A stretch of 62,217 nt of DNA, counting the filler, from Sphacelaria rigidula (taxonomy: Eukaryota): NCBI GenBank assembly GCA_964200075.2. It is 10 parts of 10 records of this genome, joined end to end, with 100 filler letters (N's around TTAATTAATTAA, not from the genome) between each part and the next. Parts side by side here need not be neighbours in the genome. Positions count along the whole stretch, not along the records: positions 12,465 to 18,596 come from CAXNAA020022020.1; positions 18,697 to 24,828 come from CAXNAA020022021.1; positions 24,929 to 31,060 come from CAXNAA020022022.1; 7 more parts are not named here. One strand, written 5' to 3'. The translations under genes were made by a program, and so were the position numbers. Shown piece after piece: positions 13,100 to 24,936 of the stretch; the stretch's first letter is position 1; each line of letters starts with the position of its first letter. The notes beneath the pieces were generated by a model that was given only the letters and a program-made list of their open reading frames with translations, was not told the origin of the DNA and did not search any database.

Positions 13100-13430
13100 C
13101 ACCGTAGTCCCCGTCCGTCCAACCATTTCTCGGTGCATGCCGCCGTTGGAGAGGCCTTCGCCATCCATGCGTACGACGTGGCCGGCGTGTTGGAGGGTTC
13201 GCCTATTGATGGTAGCGTCGATGCTCTCGCGGCTTCTTCTTTGAAGGACCTCGCGGTATGTTGGGGAGCGCTGCGATTGCGGTATATGTTTTTTGAAAAC
13301 TTCAACAGGAACTTGCGGTGGGCTTCCCACAACCTGCCAAACGTATTGCCCAAAATCGTTCAGGTGACGCAGCCGTATAGGTGGTAATGCGATCTCGATC
13401 ACTTCTGCCCTCAGGAAATAAACGTTTTCG
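13100..13430 (-). pseudogene. Decayed RTE-clade non-LTR retrotransposon ORF2, post-RT region
   Basis: Joining frames gives LRAEVIE.. / LYGCVT*(W)TILGNTFGRLWEAHRKFLL / TYREVLQRRSRESIDATINRRTLQHAGHVVRMDGEGL..MHREMVG, a typical RTE signature; contains a stop and frameshifts. Confidence 0.8.
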
Positions 13431-13829
13431 ACCAAAAAGACCAACGGGTTGTATTATACTTATACCGCTCTGTTGTACTTGGCAAAGCACTCCCATGCCT
13501 GACCAATGCGGCTGTGGACCTGCTGCACTGGCTGCATGGCCAGAGCTGGCCCATCCCACGGGGTTTTTCGACCTTGGCCATGATAAGCACTCATGCAACA
13601 CAATACTGTGGCCATGATCAGACTCTAGCAATAGGAGGGGAGCCTTAGTGATTGTAGACCGGGGCACATATCGCACAGAATATGCAGGCCGCGACCGATA
13701 GTTGAGTTGAAAGTTGTTCACGTCCCACCAGTGGGGCGGTCCGAACTCCCTTCATATGCAGAACATCAAGCAGCTCATTATATGAGCGTGTTTCTCTCTC
13801 GCGCTAGCGACCCCGTGCGTCAGGGCGCC

Positions 13830-14700
13830 GCTTATTCTCGTACAGGAAGGTATATGGTGCGCCCGTTTTCTACTGACTTACTTGATGCTTGTGACATGAG
13901 GATCGACGCCGGGTATGTATTCTTTTTGGCTTTTCCCCCGCCCCCCCCAGTCCACAACAACGGAGGCTCCCCTTCCCCTACCAGCCGCGTGATGTTGTCC
14001 ACAGTGCTGTTTTGCATGAGCGTGTATGATGACCGAGTTCGGAACACCCCGTAGTCGCGCGTCTACCGATCCCACGTGTCGTGTCGGGCAGAACACACGT
14101 GTAGGGACACCGCGTGCACATGACGGGTGATATCGTCGATCTTCTTGATTTTGCCTCCGAGATAGACGAAAGACCGAACTAGCTTGTACCATCGATCTAC
14201 CACCGAAACCGCGATTACATTCGGCTCCATGCTTCGGGAGCGCATACGTACCATTTTCGCTTTTTTCGACCACGTCGACACCGAAATCTGCACACACCTC
14301 TGACGATAGACGTCATCATCTTTTTCATCGAGCCGGGGACGCGATACCAAGGTCGTCGTCATACGGCATGGCCCAAATTCTTTCGCTAAGCTCATACCTA
14401 TGACATCTCGTCTTCGGCAGTTATACGAATGAAGTTCTCCGCTACAACCTGTTGATCAAGGAGCGGTCGAACGTCCCCGGCAGTGGCGCCGCAACGGAGA
14501 TACCGAACAAGCCGGAGAATCACAGAGTCTTGTGGGAGGCCACGATTAACGTCAAACCACTCAGGAGTCTCCCGAACGCTAAGGCACCCGTACGCCCGAT
14601 GCCGTTGTGAAAATCGAGGATAGTGGAAATCATCTAGGCGGATACGCCGTACGTACTGGCACCTGCCACAGTAAAGGGCGGTCAACTGAGTCTTACGCCT
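13830..14700 (-). pseudogene. Second decayed RTE/LINE reverse transcriptase fragment
   Basis: EWFDVNRGLPQDSVI resembles the RT motif GLRQGCVL; YKLVRSFVYLGGKI resembles RT domain 7 FxYLG; multiple stops and frameshifts. Confidence 0.65.
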
Positions 14701-16029
14701 TCTAGTGGTACGTGAACGTACATCGGAATATTCTCTCTGGCCAGTTCTTGGTGTCTGCGCACAACGTATATTATGCCGATTTTCAACCGATCGGGTTGGG
14801 ACCGCACTAAGATCCTAGTAGATTCCCTCTACTCGCAGTATGTGCTGAGGCGCGTCGTAGCTATCTTGAGAACCACGTTGCCCACGTGATACCCTAGCAA
14901 GACGCGGAAGGTTTCACATTTGAAGAGTCATTTCGTTTACCCGTCGACACCACTGTGACCTAGGTTTTGCTAGGGGCATTCTGATGCTCATTACGCGCAT
15001 ACATATATGTTCTCTATAGCAAGATTCCAACCGCTAGCCGGCGAAAAACGTTTCTCCCACAACATCTTCAAGAGATTCATAAAGGGGGGGGGGGGGTGAG
15101 GTGGAAACCACCGGACACATCCCCACAATTGTCTGTCAAGGACTCACCTTTCACATTGTCTTATAAGTCACGCATCTTCGACGCGTCTTAGATCATCTAA
15201 CCAATAATCGCCGCAGGAGATTTTCATGAGTTTTGATTTCTACTGCAATTGGGTATCCATCATTTACTTTTGGCTCCCATCGCTTTGGGGGGATCCGGGA
15301 TTTGAACCCTGAACCTCCTGTTCGTGGCGCGTATGAACTTTGTCATGGTGTCGCCAGTGTGAAAAGTCGATTCCTTTACAGACACTTGGGGGAATTTGCC
15401 CCTCCTATGTGGTGGTTCCCACAGAACAGCACCTTGATGACACTGTCCTTCCATTTCTATGGCACTACTCCCCGACGTCAAACTTTGAGCACGATGTTGC
15501 GGAGGCACTTCAATATTGCAGAGTCCTCCGTGTGGTCGAGCTCCAATCATTCGCCGCGTAGGTTGTCAGTCCCAACGGCCTTGCCGTTCGCCAGCTCATG
15601 TACACGTGCGTTTTTCACAAAGCGTGTTTGATCTGTAGGCATGGGGCTATGGGTTTATGAATCACCGTGTTGAGTACAACACAGCATGGGTAGACAACGT
15701 TTGATTGAGGTGAATGAGCTGACATGCGTCAAAGTATTGTTTTTACCGTCAGAAGGAAAAGACGAGTGGCTCGTGTGACGATGCCGCCTTGATTGGTGGA
15801 TTGCGTTAGTGGCGTCCATGGTTCGAGTCCGATGGCCCAAGAGTTCAATTCATCAGTGCTTGTTATTTTCCAATCAATGTTGTTGGGAGTACACGTCAAA
15901 AAGTGAAAACGACACCCACGCCTAACAAGAGTGGTCGAAACTATAACACACCAGTTGCTGAGACGTTTTGACAACGATACCATCACGCAGTGATGTGTTG
16001 TGAGACAGACACATGGTGAGATATTGTAA

Positions 16030-16870
16030 CGCGCATTTGCTCTATGTAGCACCAGCAGGCAAGACTGAGTGAGAGTGAAGACAGTCATGGTGCGTACATC
16101 GTGCTACAGTACCGATCGCCTACTGAGATTTTGTTGTAAGTACAATTTTACCCCAGAGTACGGTGTACCGCCGTTGTACTTGAAACAAGAAGTACATGCA
16201 CGCCTGCCTGTTGACGTTTCGATTTTGAAATTATCGGCGACTGTCGTTGTCGTTTATAGCGTGTACACAGCCCGCAGCGAACGGTGTGCCTGTAGAGGGC
16301 GCCGCTCCTCTTCACATCGTCAGGAGACGCCAGGAGCACACGGTTATGTAGCACCAGCGGACAGACTTGAAAGGATGAGGACGGCCAAAGTGTGTATATA
16401 TCGCGCTGTACTATGTACAAACGTCCGCTGCTGGGGTTTAAATCGGTAAATAGAGCGATATTGTCAATCTGCTGCAAACGACATGCTGCCAATTAGAGCA
16501 CATGGCACAGGCTGTACATGTACCGATCGGAATTTTCCGCCCGAGAGTAAGCACATGGCTCGCACAGCCAACACGCGTATAAAGGACGCCGCTTCTCTTC
16601 ACATTGTCAGGACACGCCAATAGCGCACGATTATTCAGTGTCAGCAGGCAGGCCTGTAAAGATGGTGACAAGCAAAGTGTATACGTGGTGCTACAGTACA
16701 TACACATGTCGGCCTCTTGGGGTTGAATCGGTAGGGCAATATAGTCAACTTGCTACAAATGACATGCTCACAATAACAAATGGCACAGGCTGTATAGGTA
16801 ACGATCGGAATTTGGTGCGTAAAATTCCACACCTAGCATGCACGTAGAAGGCGCCACTACTCTACACGTA
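16030..16870. repeat. Diverged tandem repeat, ~285-bp unit, about 2.5-3 copies
   Basis: ctcttcacatcgtcaggagacgcca...atggcacaggctgtacatgtaccgatcggaattt (16300-16535) recurs as ctcttcacattgtcaggacacgcca...atggcacaggctgtataggtaacgatcggaattt (16590-16815); a partial third copy lies near 16040. Confidence 0.75.
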
Positions 16871-17437
16871 GCTGCTGCCATGCTCTCCCCGCACTACGCA
16901 TGTGCATCTGCGGTCTCCAAGGGGAAACAGCAATGCCAGAACCTCTCCAGAACTCAACAGGGAAATCGCATCAAACCAACACAACACACAGCCAGTAGGG
17001 ACAACATCAGAGAGCTCACGGTATATAGAGCAAGGGCCAATACATAGTTCGAAGGGGTTTCCACGTCTGCTTCCGTACGGGGGAGATGCGTTCGTGTCCC
17101 ATGTAACGTATTTCACTCCGGATGTAAAATATGTGTTTGAAGACAACCCCAGTGTGCCTGAAGATTGTCAAATCTGCCGATTTGCGAAATCTATCCCCCA
17201 CACGCTACGCTCAACCCACACACCATATCAACCCCTCAAACCACCAAACGCAACCTGACTCAACCCGTTTACCCATCCCACCCACCCAACCAAACCAACC
17301 CAACCCAATCAATCCAACCCTACAAAAGCAGTAGGCTCAAACCGGAGGGCATAGACCCACCCACTCCAACGACCCCGCCCACCCTCATTGGCGCCTGATT
17401 TGTCGCAGGTAGGTTTGTTATATTTTCAATAAATTAG

Positions 17438-17543
17438 AAACCCCCGTGTTGACCTTCGTCCTGTGTGACCCTGGCTGATGCTCCCACATACACCGACATA
17501 TATTGATTGGCGCCCAGAATAGATGGGATGGCAACACACACAG
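17438..17543 (+). mobile_element. SINE-like family 3' tail
   Basis: gtgttgaccttcgtcctgtgtgaccctggctgatgctcccacat...ggcgcccagaata...gcaacacacac matches 25200-25297. Confidence 0.75.
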
Positions 17544-18128
17544 AGGCACTACGGGCATTCAAGAAACACAAACAGCAGCGCAGGTAGGCAAGACTTTTCT
17601 CTGTGTGCTGTTCATTGAACGGGGGTGTGCGAGCGCACGCAGCAGGCACTAACTACCGTCTGTCTTTGTGCGCAGATGCCCTCTCTACGGGACCTCGTTA
17701 CCCGGCACTCCCCCCATCTTCAACATTATTTCAGACTGCGGAATGTGTCCCGGCAACTGTTTTCGCAGTAGTAGCTACACATCTCCACCGCGCCTCTTGA
17801 CATACCGTGATGCCGTCACATATCCAACGACAACGATACGACGAAAGCGATGGTGCACCCTTTCACAACTGACCCAGCCGTCAAAACTGACATTCGTTAC
17901 GGTGACGGGAAGCGCTGAGAACCACAATCGACGACACATGCACAGGAAACACAAGGGAGGATCAAATGCGTCTACGTCGTTTACAGCGCCCGAAAACAAC
18001 GGCCAGGTTTCTGTTATCACACTGCGAATGCATATCTACGTCCATGAATATAACTCTTCGGGACGTGACACTGGCGAACGCTTCTCTCGTCGCTCGCGTT
18101 CTTGTAGTGAGGGAACTCTGTTCATCCA

Positions 18129-18359
18129 TCAGTCGTCCAAGGATGTAAGCATGGCGACCCCGCGTTGCACCCAGTGAGTCTCTGGCAAGTCGCTCGCCAG
18201 CAAGATGAAGCAAATGAAGTTGGTGGAGTGGCCTGTGGTGCTTAGGATGCCCCTGCGATCGGAAGTCTTGTAGACCGGGCAGTTGTACGCAGACGTTTCC
18301 ACAATTTCAGACTTCCGCGTAGGCTTGAACCAGATGATCGGTGCCCCCGAAAACAGCAC
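18129..18359 (-). CDS. Axonemal dynein heavy chain, terminal coding exon
   Basis: CAG acceptor, then VLFSGAPIIWFKP..AYNCPVYKTSDRRGILSTTGHSTNFICFILLASDLPETHWVQRGVAMLTSLDD*. The YxCPVYKT..RRGxLSTTGHSTNF and HWxxRGVA motifs mark the C-terminus of axonemal (inner-arm type) dynein heavy chains. Confidence 0.95.
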   Translation of the reverse strand: MLFSGAPIIWFKPTRKSEIVETSAYNCPVYKTSDRRGILSTTGHSTNFICFILLASDLPETHWVQRGVAMLTSLDD

Positions 18360-18596
18360 CTGATGAATTGCGAAAAGACGTGATGAAACCAATGAAGCGC
18401 TATGAGGCAAAGCGGGTCTTCATCTTCGACTGTCAAGAAACAGGAAAGATCTTTGCTGGTAATACATCTCTTGCTCCTAGCGTCTAGGTGCGGGTCTCTG
18501 AGGATCACGTCCAACTCGCCTACATGTGCCTTACCCTTTTCTATTACTTTGTTTATGTGTGCATCCCAAGAACACTTTTTTGAGATCTCTACGCCA

Positions 18597-18696
18597 NNNN
18601 NNNNNNNNNNNNNNNNNNNNNNNNNNNNNNNNNNNNNNNNTTAATTAATTAANNNNNNNNNNNNNNNNNNNNNNNNNNNNNNNNNNNNNNNNNNNN
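18597..18696. other. Artificial contig-joining linker
   Basis: N44-TTAATTAATTAA-N44. Confidence 0.99.
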
Positions 18697-18772
18697 CGTC
18701 CCGGCTTTGTAGGGATGCGAGGTCAATGGTCTGATGACTATGGCATGCATGATCATGAGTACACCCCCCCGG
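18697..18772 (+). repeat. Family B copy at contig start
   Basis: cccggctttgtagggatgcgaggtcaatggtctgatgactatggcatgcatgatcatgagtacacccccccc; near-identical to 12578-12652. Confidence 0.9.
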
Positions 18773-18872
18773 GCGCGATAAGATAATGAGTACAGCGAAA
18801 TTACTAAGGCAAGTAATATCTGAGTACGCCCCATCCCAAGTTTGCGCCCTCGTCGTGGCCCTAGCGCTAATA

Positions 18873-19242
18873 CTACCTCGGTCTAAGGGCTCCACGGGGC
18901 ATGCATGACCGCAGCGGAAAACTAGCAATCATCGCCTCAGATGTTCCGAACTTCAGATCTTCATCCGTCACAAGAACCGCCCCTACAGCCCCTATGGTGC
19001 CTCTCACGCCTCCGACACACTCCCACCCTTGCCCCCACCGCGGCGTCCTTGACCCAGCTACAGCCCATCTTGTCTCCAGCGCATCGCCTTCTCCAGAGCT
19101 GTTTTGTTCTGATAACCGATCAGCGTTTTCCCCTGGGAGTTGATCCTTGAGGATTGGGGCCCAAACTTTGACGGTGGCGTCACCTCCTCCGCTCGCGAAA
19201 ATTCCTACATCAGAACAGGCGTGGACCGCCCAAACTCCGTGC
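18873..19242 (-). CDS. WD40-repeat protein, terminal exon (absent from the ORF track)
   Basis: tttttgcaAG acceptor, phase 2; reads (R)HGVWAVHACSDVGIFASGGGDATVKVWAPILKD...RGALRPR*. It completes the WD40 repeat begun in the previous exon (LQGHR). Confidence 0.85.
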
Positions 19243-20873
19243 CTTGCAAAAAGGAGGTGTCGGAAATAACGTTGAAAACGATTGGGGGGGAAATGTTGTT
19301 TCGGAGATCATACGTCATGTGATACATGATCATCGGTTGGTCATCAATAGTGTACGCGAGTTTAGGATATGGCGGAAAATGCATTGGATCTCGCCGGGTT
19401 GGGTCGCCGACATGCAGAATAGTGCAACGATATCTGTCCCACGCTGGCGTTTCGTCCGGAAGGCAAGTTCTGCGATGCATTCACGTCTCCCACGCATGAA
19501 AATCGATTTGCCGCTGTCGCGTATTGTACATATCATGATACTGTTACGTATTAGGCCACAAAGTGTAGGAAAACCCTATTGCCCATGCGACGCACATAAT
19601 TGTTTTGGATGAAACCACTCGAAAACACACCCATGTTTAGGGAGGGGTAGAGTGGAGGGTCCAGGAAAACGTCAACGTATTTTCTGACTTTCCGCGTGTT
19701 CATATCTGCGTGTCGAAGAGAGCTTTTGACAATTTTTTATTGTGTACCGATGACTGCTCCGCCCACAGCCAGTATCTGCAGGGCCTGGTTTACAAAAAAA
19801 CAGTCATACCATTTTTCCCTCTTCCCAAAGATTCAGCAGAAAAAATCTCTGAGCTGCTAACAGGCCAGGAATTCTCGTCTTTCCAGCACTAGCAGGCCAC
19901 CACTTTGTATTTTACTTGATTTTAGAGGGAGTTCCATTTCTGCCATGCCTCGAACGCTGACAGGCCACAATTTGCTCGTCATAGGTAGCTTTCGTTGCTC
20001 TACTTGGCTTCAGGGTGCGCTCTGTATAGGTTCATAGTATATTTGCGTTCCACGCTGTGTTGTACATGTTGCTTCGACGCATTCCACTCGGGGCGTTTTG
20101 CGCACTTCCATCTGTTCACCCGTCTCCAGTGTTCTGGCATCTAGCCCTAGCTTCCGGCTACCTTGTTTCGGCTGCGGCGATTCCCGATTGCTGTCACCTG
20201 TGTCTTTTAGTCCCTGGTTGGCCATGACCGTAACCGCTTGACCCTTTGACAGGTGGAGATGCCCGTCCATTTGTGGGAGAAGTATCATTTTTCACTCGAG
20301 AATTGCATCGGCATCATTTTGCACTCGAGACAATTGGAAATAAAGCAACAGTAGACATTGACCCGAGAGGAGTGCGTTGGCCCTGTGACGTTGCGATACG
20401 TTCCGTTTGATGCGTTGCTCGCACCTCTATATGTTCGCTTCTCTCTGTTCGTCTGACATCTAGACCAAGCTTGCGGCTACCTTGCTTGACTGCGGCAATT
20501 CTGATTGGTGTCACCTGTCCCCTGGTCTCGGGTTGGCCGTGACCGTTTTTATCCTTGGAACGCCGGAGATGTCCATTGTTAAGTCGGCATCACTTGCAGT
20601 CTTTTTTCAAGTGAAGGGCATCAACATTGTAGTAGCGATGTATTCTACCGTAGCAGGATAATGTTGCCTACTACCGCCAGTTCTCGCGTATCTTGAAACT
20701 AGATCCATTGAGTGTGGCGGCGTAAGCGGGCGAAACCCTTATATATATATATATATCGAGTCTGTTTTATTTTGATCTATCAGTACATACTACAGCTGCT
20801 GATCGGCCCGCACGTATTGGACGAAAAGCTGGCAATAATGCAGCCACCTTTGTATGATCTTGAAGCAATTTAC

Positions 20874-21128
20874 CTGTGCCCTTGTAATACGGCGAGACAG
20901 CTCCACCGCTGCCCTTCCGCAAAATCCCGCCCCCACACCCGTACGGTCGCATCACCCGATCCACTTATGATCAACGATGCGTGATCAGATTCGCGCCCGG
21001 AGGCTTCCGGTGGGCGTACGTCTCTGTTGACCTCAATCGAGGGGGGGGTTATCGTGGAAAGTGCCCCGATCGTTCCGCTGTGTCCGCCGAGCACGGCTTC
21101 ACACATACCCGTGCGAGGGCTCCAGATT
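20874..21128 (-). CDS. WD40-repeat protein, internal exon
   Basis: 255 nt, phase 2-2, AG/GTAAAT; IWSPRTGMCEAVLGGHSGTIGAL...LIISGSGDATVRVWG...LAVLQGHR. Confidence 0.9.
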
Positions 21129-21670
21129 CTTCAACGGAAAGTCACGCGTGACGCACAGAGCGGCACCGAGCGATGGATGGGGAGACGCCTCATTGAAATC
21201 AGGGGCAATGAAAGATGAGCGTCGTAGTACTCAATCAAAGGAATTGACCTACACGGGTGCAACCCAGTTACCTCGCGAGAGTTTGCGTGTACACGATGAG
21301 GCCTGCATGCGCACCGCTGATGATGACGGGGAGGCATCAACCAGCCGGCATCTCTCGAGTTTTCTACGTTTTTTACGAGACCCGGATCCATGTCCGCTAT
21401 GCAATGCGGACCCAGTCGGTGCAGTTCGTTCAAAATGTCTCTGGATCTTGGCGTTTGTGTGCAACACTACGATGCGGGTACCATAGGCCATGTAGACAGC
21501 TTGAGATACTAGGCCGACTGCTACCCCAGCACGTATCCCCGCACGGATTATCGTTCAACGTACTCCTACAACGACCGACCCCCTCAGAAAACAGGAGAAG
21601 CGGACATTTCGGAGGCCCACCGATTCACAAGCTGTGCCACCCGCTACATGCTCGACATCTAGCTGCTAAC

Positions 21671-21867
21671 CTTACGAACGTATCGTGCGACCCCGAAACG
21701 AGTCGCTTGCCACCATCCAACGACGTGAGAGCTGACACCGCTAGGAGGTGACCCTGAAGCATGCAGTGCTGTTTCATGCCGTCGAGATCCACGACTTGGA
21801 TATCAGCAGAGGAAGTAGCGGCCGCCAAGAAATTCCCCACCATCGCTACGGCTCGCACTGGCAATTG
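21671..21867 (-). CDS. WD40-repeat protein, internal exon
   Basis: Phase 0-2, TAG/GTTAGC; QLPVRAVAMVGNFLAAATSSADIQVVD..LQGHLLAVSALTSLDGGKRLVSGSHDTFVR. Confidence 0.88.
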
Positions 21868-22214
21868 CTATGCTTTGTTTGCGTGTCGTTGATAATGCGG
21901 GAGTCACCAGCGGGCGGAGGCAAACGCGACACATGATATTATGGTGCTGCATAATATTGTTGGTCGAATATACACCAAACATACAAAACAGTTGAAGGCT
22001 TTCCGTGCTCGGTGCTTCGGCGTACCCTCCGAGGTTGGCAACAAGTATCGGTACCGAATACGTCAAGAACTATCGCTGTTGAGGTTGTATCCCAACAACG
22101 CACAACCATTCGTGCGTTGCCAGTCCCGCGCAAAAGAGGGGGTCTCTCAAGGTTTGGCGTATTCCAAGTTGTCATATCCCAGCGACCTTGTACCGTGAGA
22201 GCTACCCAGCTCAC

Positions 22215-22379
22215 CAGATTGATGACGTGCAGAGGCTGCATGGTTTCAATATCCCAGAATCTCACAGTACCGTCCGCCCCGCTCGCGACCAGAGTTTTCC
22301 CCGTGACTTGAACATCCCACACCTCTCGGCGATGTCCTTCATAAGTTGCCAGACACGTGTCATTGTGCATATCCCAAGC
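22215..22379 (-). CDS. WD40-repeat protein, internal exon
   Basis: 165 nt, phase 0-0, CAG/GTGAGC; AWDMHNDTCLATYEGHRREVWDVQVTGKTLVASGADGTVRFWDIETMQPLHVINL. Confidence 0.92.
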
Positions 22380-22873
22380 CTGCTTGAATCATGAGGCGCA
22401 CAGCAACTGTCTCCAACAAATTCGAGTGTAGAAGGTGACGCTTTCCGTACCTTCGCTTGTGTTGGAAAGGACAATGAGGTTATACTGTACTTACATCGCG
22501 ATGATTCATTTCTCCTAGACAATGATTTACGTTTGGAGAACGGGGGACAAATCCTCAGTACGCTCTTCGCCTCCCTCGTACTTGGCTGCCGTAGTGACTT
22601 CGAACAGCTTGAGTCACGATGACCACCTTCTTTCCGATCATCGTCGACCAAGTTCACGATCATGTTCTTCCCTATCCTCGGCAGTAAAGTGCAATATTTT
22701 TCACTCGATGTCGTCACCTCATTTCTGAACGCGATCGTACTTTTGTAGCACACATGAGTATACCACGAGGATACACGCAATCTACGCGACCTATTTACTC
22801 TGTTCCAGGAGAACTAGAGTGGTTCTTCACGTCAGTGCCCCCCATTGCAGAGAGGAGGGCGTCCATGTCTCAC

Positions 22874-23934
22874 CTTTGCGGTGCCGTCGGCTGCTGACGA
22901 GAATAGGATGCCCTCGTGAAGAGCCAGGGACATAATATATCCTTCATGACCCGAAAGCACGGTAGGTCCTTTGCGAATCGATCTAGCGATCATCGCACCA
23001 ACGCCTGCTGCCCTCCGTCTTGTCTTCACCGACTCTTGACGTCGCTGTTGTGGCTGACCGCACTCGTTTCGCAAGTATTCTTTGCGACTAACGAATGTCC
23101 CCGCGAATCGTGGAGTGGGATTGCTTTCTTGGCTTTTATCGTCGCTGCTTTTCGTGTCGCCCGCTCTACTTTTACCCAAGATTCTTCGCGACCTGCGCTG
23201 ACCGGTGCTGGCTCGACGAGGACTACCGCTATCTTCACTACTATCACTATCTTCACTACCATCACGTATCGTTATCAGCGGGCGAGGTCGAGCTTTCTCC
23301 AGATCTTCACTCAGCAGATTTTTATTACCATCGTGACTTTTGGGGTAGCTACCGTTGCGTGGGGTCATCCTAGTTGGAGAAGATAGATCCGCTATTCGAT
23401 CTGTTCGTTCTTCTGCAAAACTGACGCGATACTCTCCTGGTCCATTACGAATACTGCTGCTAGCATTCCGCTGCCTTTTTTCTGAAGCCACATGACCATC
23501 GGCGGCATTTTTCACGGCGCCCCGGCGGCCACGTCCTCCTCGGACCATATTCGAAGTCTCCTGCTGACTGCCGCCAGCGTAGCTAATTCGCTCGTTGCCC
23601 TCCACTCCCTCAACTATGTGATAAAATCGAGGGTGAATGGTGTAGGCACCACCGCCACTGCCGCCATCGTGACCACCAACGCCGTCCCCGATCCTGCCCC
23701 CACCCCCACCAGCACTCTTTATTGCCGCTCCACCACCGCCAGATCCCGTAGGAATAGCGGGCATGTCTGCACTACAACGGCCATCCTGTCGGCGAGTGTT
23801 GATGCTGTCGCGACGGCCTGGAGGATACCATGGGCTTCTATTCGGCGAGACGCTTGGTGAGGGGGAGTCACTGGGAGCGACGAACAATGCGCCATAGCTG
23901 CCAGTTGGGCTCTCCACCACCGGCAAATCCCCGT
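22874..23934 (-). CDS. WD40-repeat protein, long exon (disordered S/G/R-rich region plus first WD repeat)
   Basis: Lies within the 391-aa ORF; ends GPTVLSGHEGYIMSLALHEGILFSSAADGTAK at an AAG/GTGAGA donor. The 5' acceptor at 23935-23936 is a best guess. Confidence 0.8.
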
Positions 23935-24476
23935 CTTCAGGAACCACCCGGGACATGAACAGCAAGATGAGTGCGATTTGGTTGAATGTCTGATGAAGCA
24001 GTTTCATCGTTTCATTGGAGTTGCAAGGGAGAACAAGAAATCACCACAAGCGTGCGAGTGCATTACACAACACTTGACATCATCTTCGGCACCTCGTGCA
24101 TAGATAGGACGGTGCCCTTCCTATTTCGTCACCATTTTTGTTTGCCTTGGGTACGTCTAAATTGTGGCCACGACTGGGTCACTTTGGAATCATTTGATGC
24201 GCGACAGTCAACTAAACAGTCAATGGACGAATGGATGAATGAATGAATCAATCAATGAATCTACCAACCGATTTGGGGTGAGTTCAATCCCCGGAAACGT
24301 CCCCGCCCTCTCCCCGTTCACGATTTTGTCGGGGGAAAAAAAGTGGAGTGCAAAAGTTATTTAGGCGTTTGTCGCCATCGAGGCGGGTACTGTTGGCATC
24401 GGTTGGCGGGATTTTGGGGGTTGTGAGTTCTTCAACGTGGTTCAACGACTATTGTAAAAGTACTGTACGTTCGGAC

Positions 24477-24631
24477 CTCGTGTGGAGATTTTTGGCGAAA
24501 TCAACGCCCGTCGCTTGTAGGGATTCGGCGAGCTGCTAGGGGAGGAAAACACATACTCCACGCGGGAACATGCCGACGACATCGCCTTAATATGTACTGC
24601 AGCGGGTCGCAGGATGCCAAGCGCACACTTC
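24477..24631 (-). CDS. Possible upstream exon of the WD40 gene
   Basis: ttttccAG acceptor; MSSACSRVEYVFSSPSSSPNPYKRRALISPKISTR; the phase-1 GT donor is compatible with the next exon but weak. Confidence 0.35.
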
Positions 24632-24828
24632 CTGGAAAATGGTTTGAACAAAAACAGTGTTAAGCATTGGGGCGATGGGCGCCATTTTATTGTATCTCCT
24701 CGTAATCCCGAGCGATGGGTGCTGTGTACAGTATTACGAACCCATTACCTACCCTACCGATACCAACCCAATCCGGTATTTTGAAATCTCATACCTACGA
24801 TACCTACGATACCAGGGTATTTCGAGTT

Positions 24829-24928
24829 NNNNNNNNNNNNNNNNNNNNNNNNNNNNNNNNNNNNNNNNNNNNTTAATTAATTAANNNNNNNNNNNNNNNN
24901 NNNNNNNNNNNNNNNNNNNNNNNNNNNN
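24829..24928. other. Artificial contig-joining linker
   Basis: N44-TTAATTAATTAA-N44. Confidence 0.99.
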
Positions 24929-24936
24929 TTTGAGTC

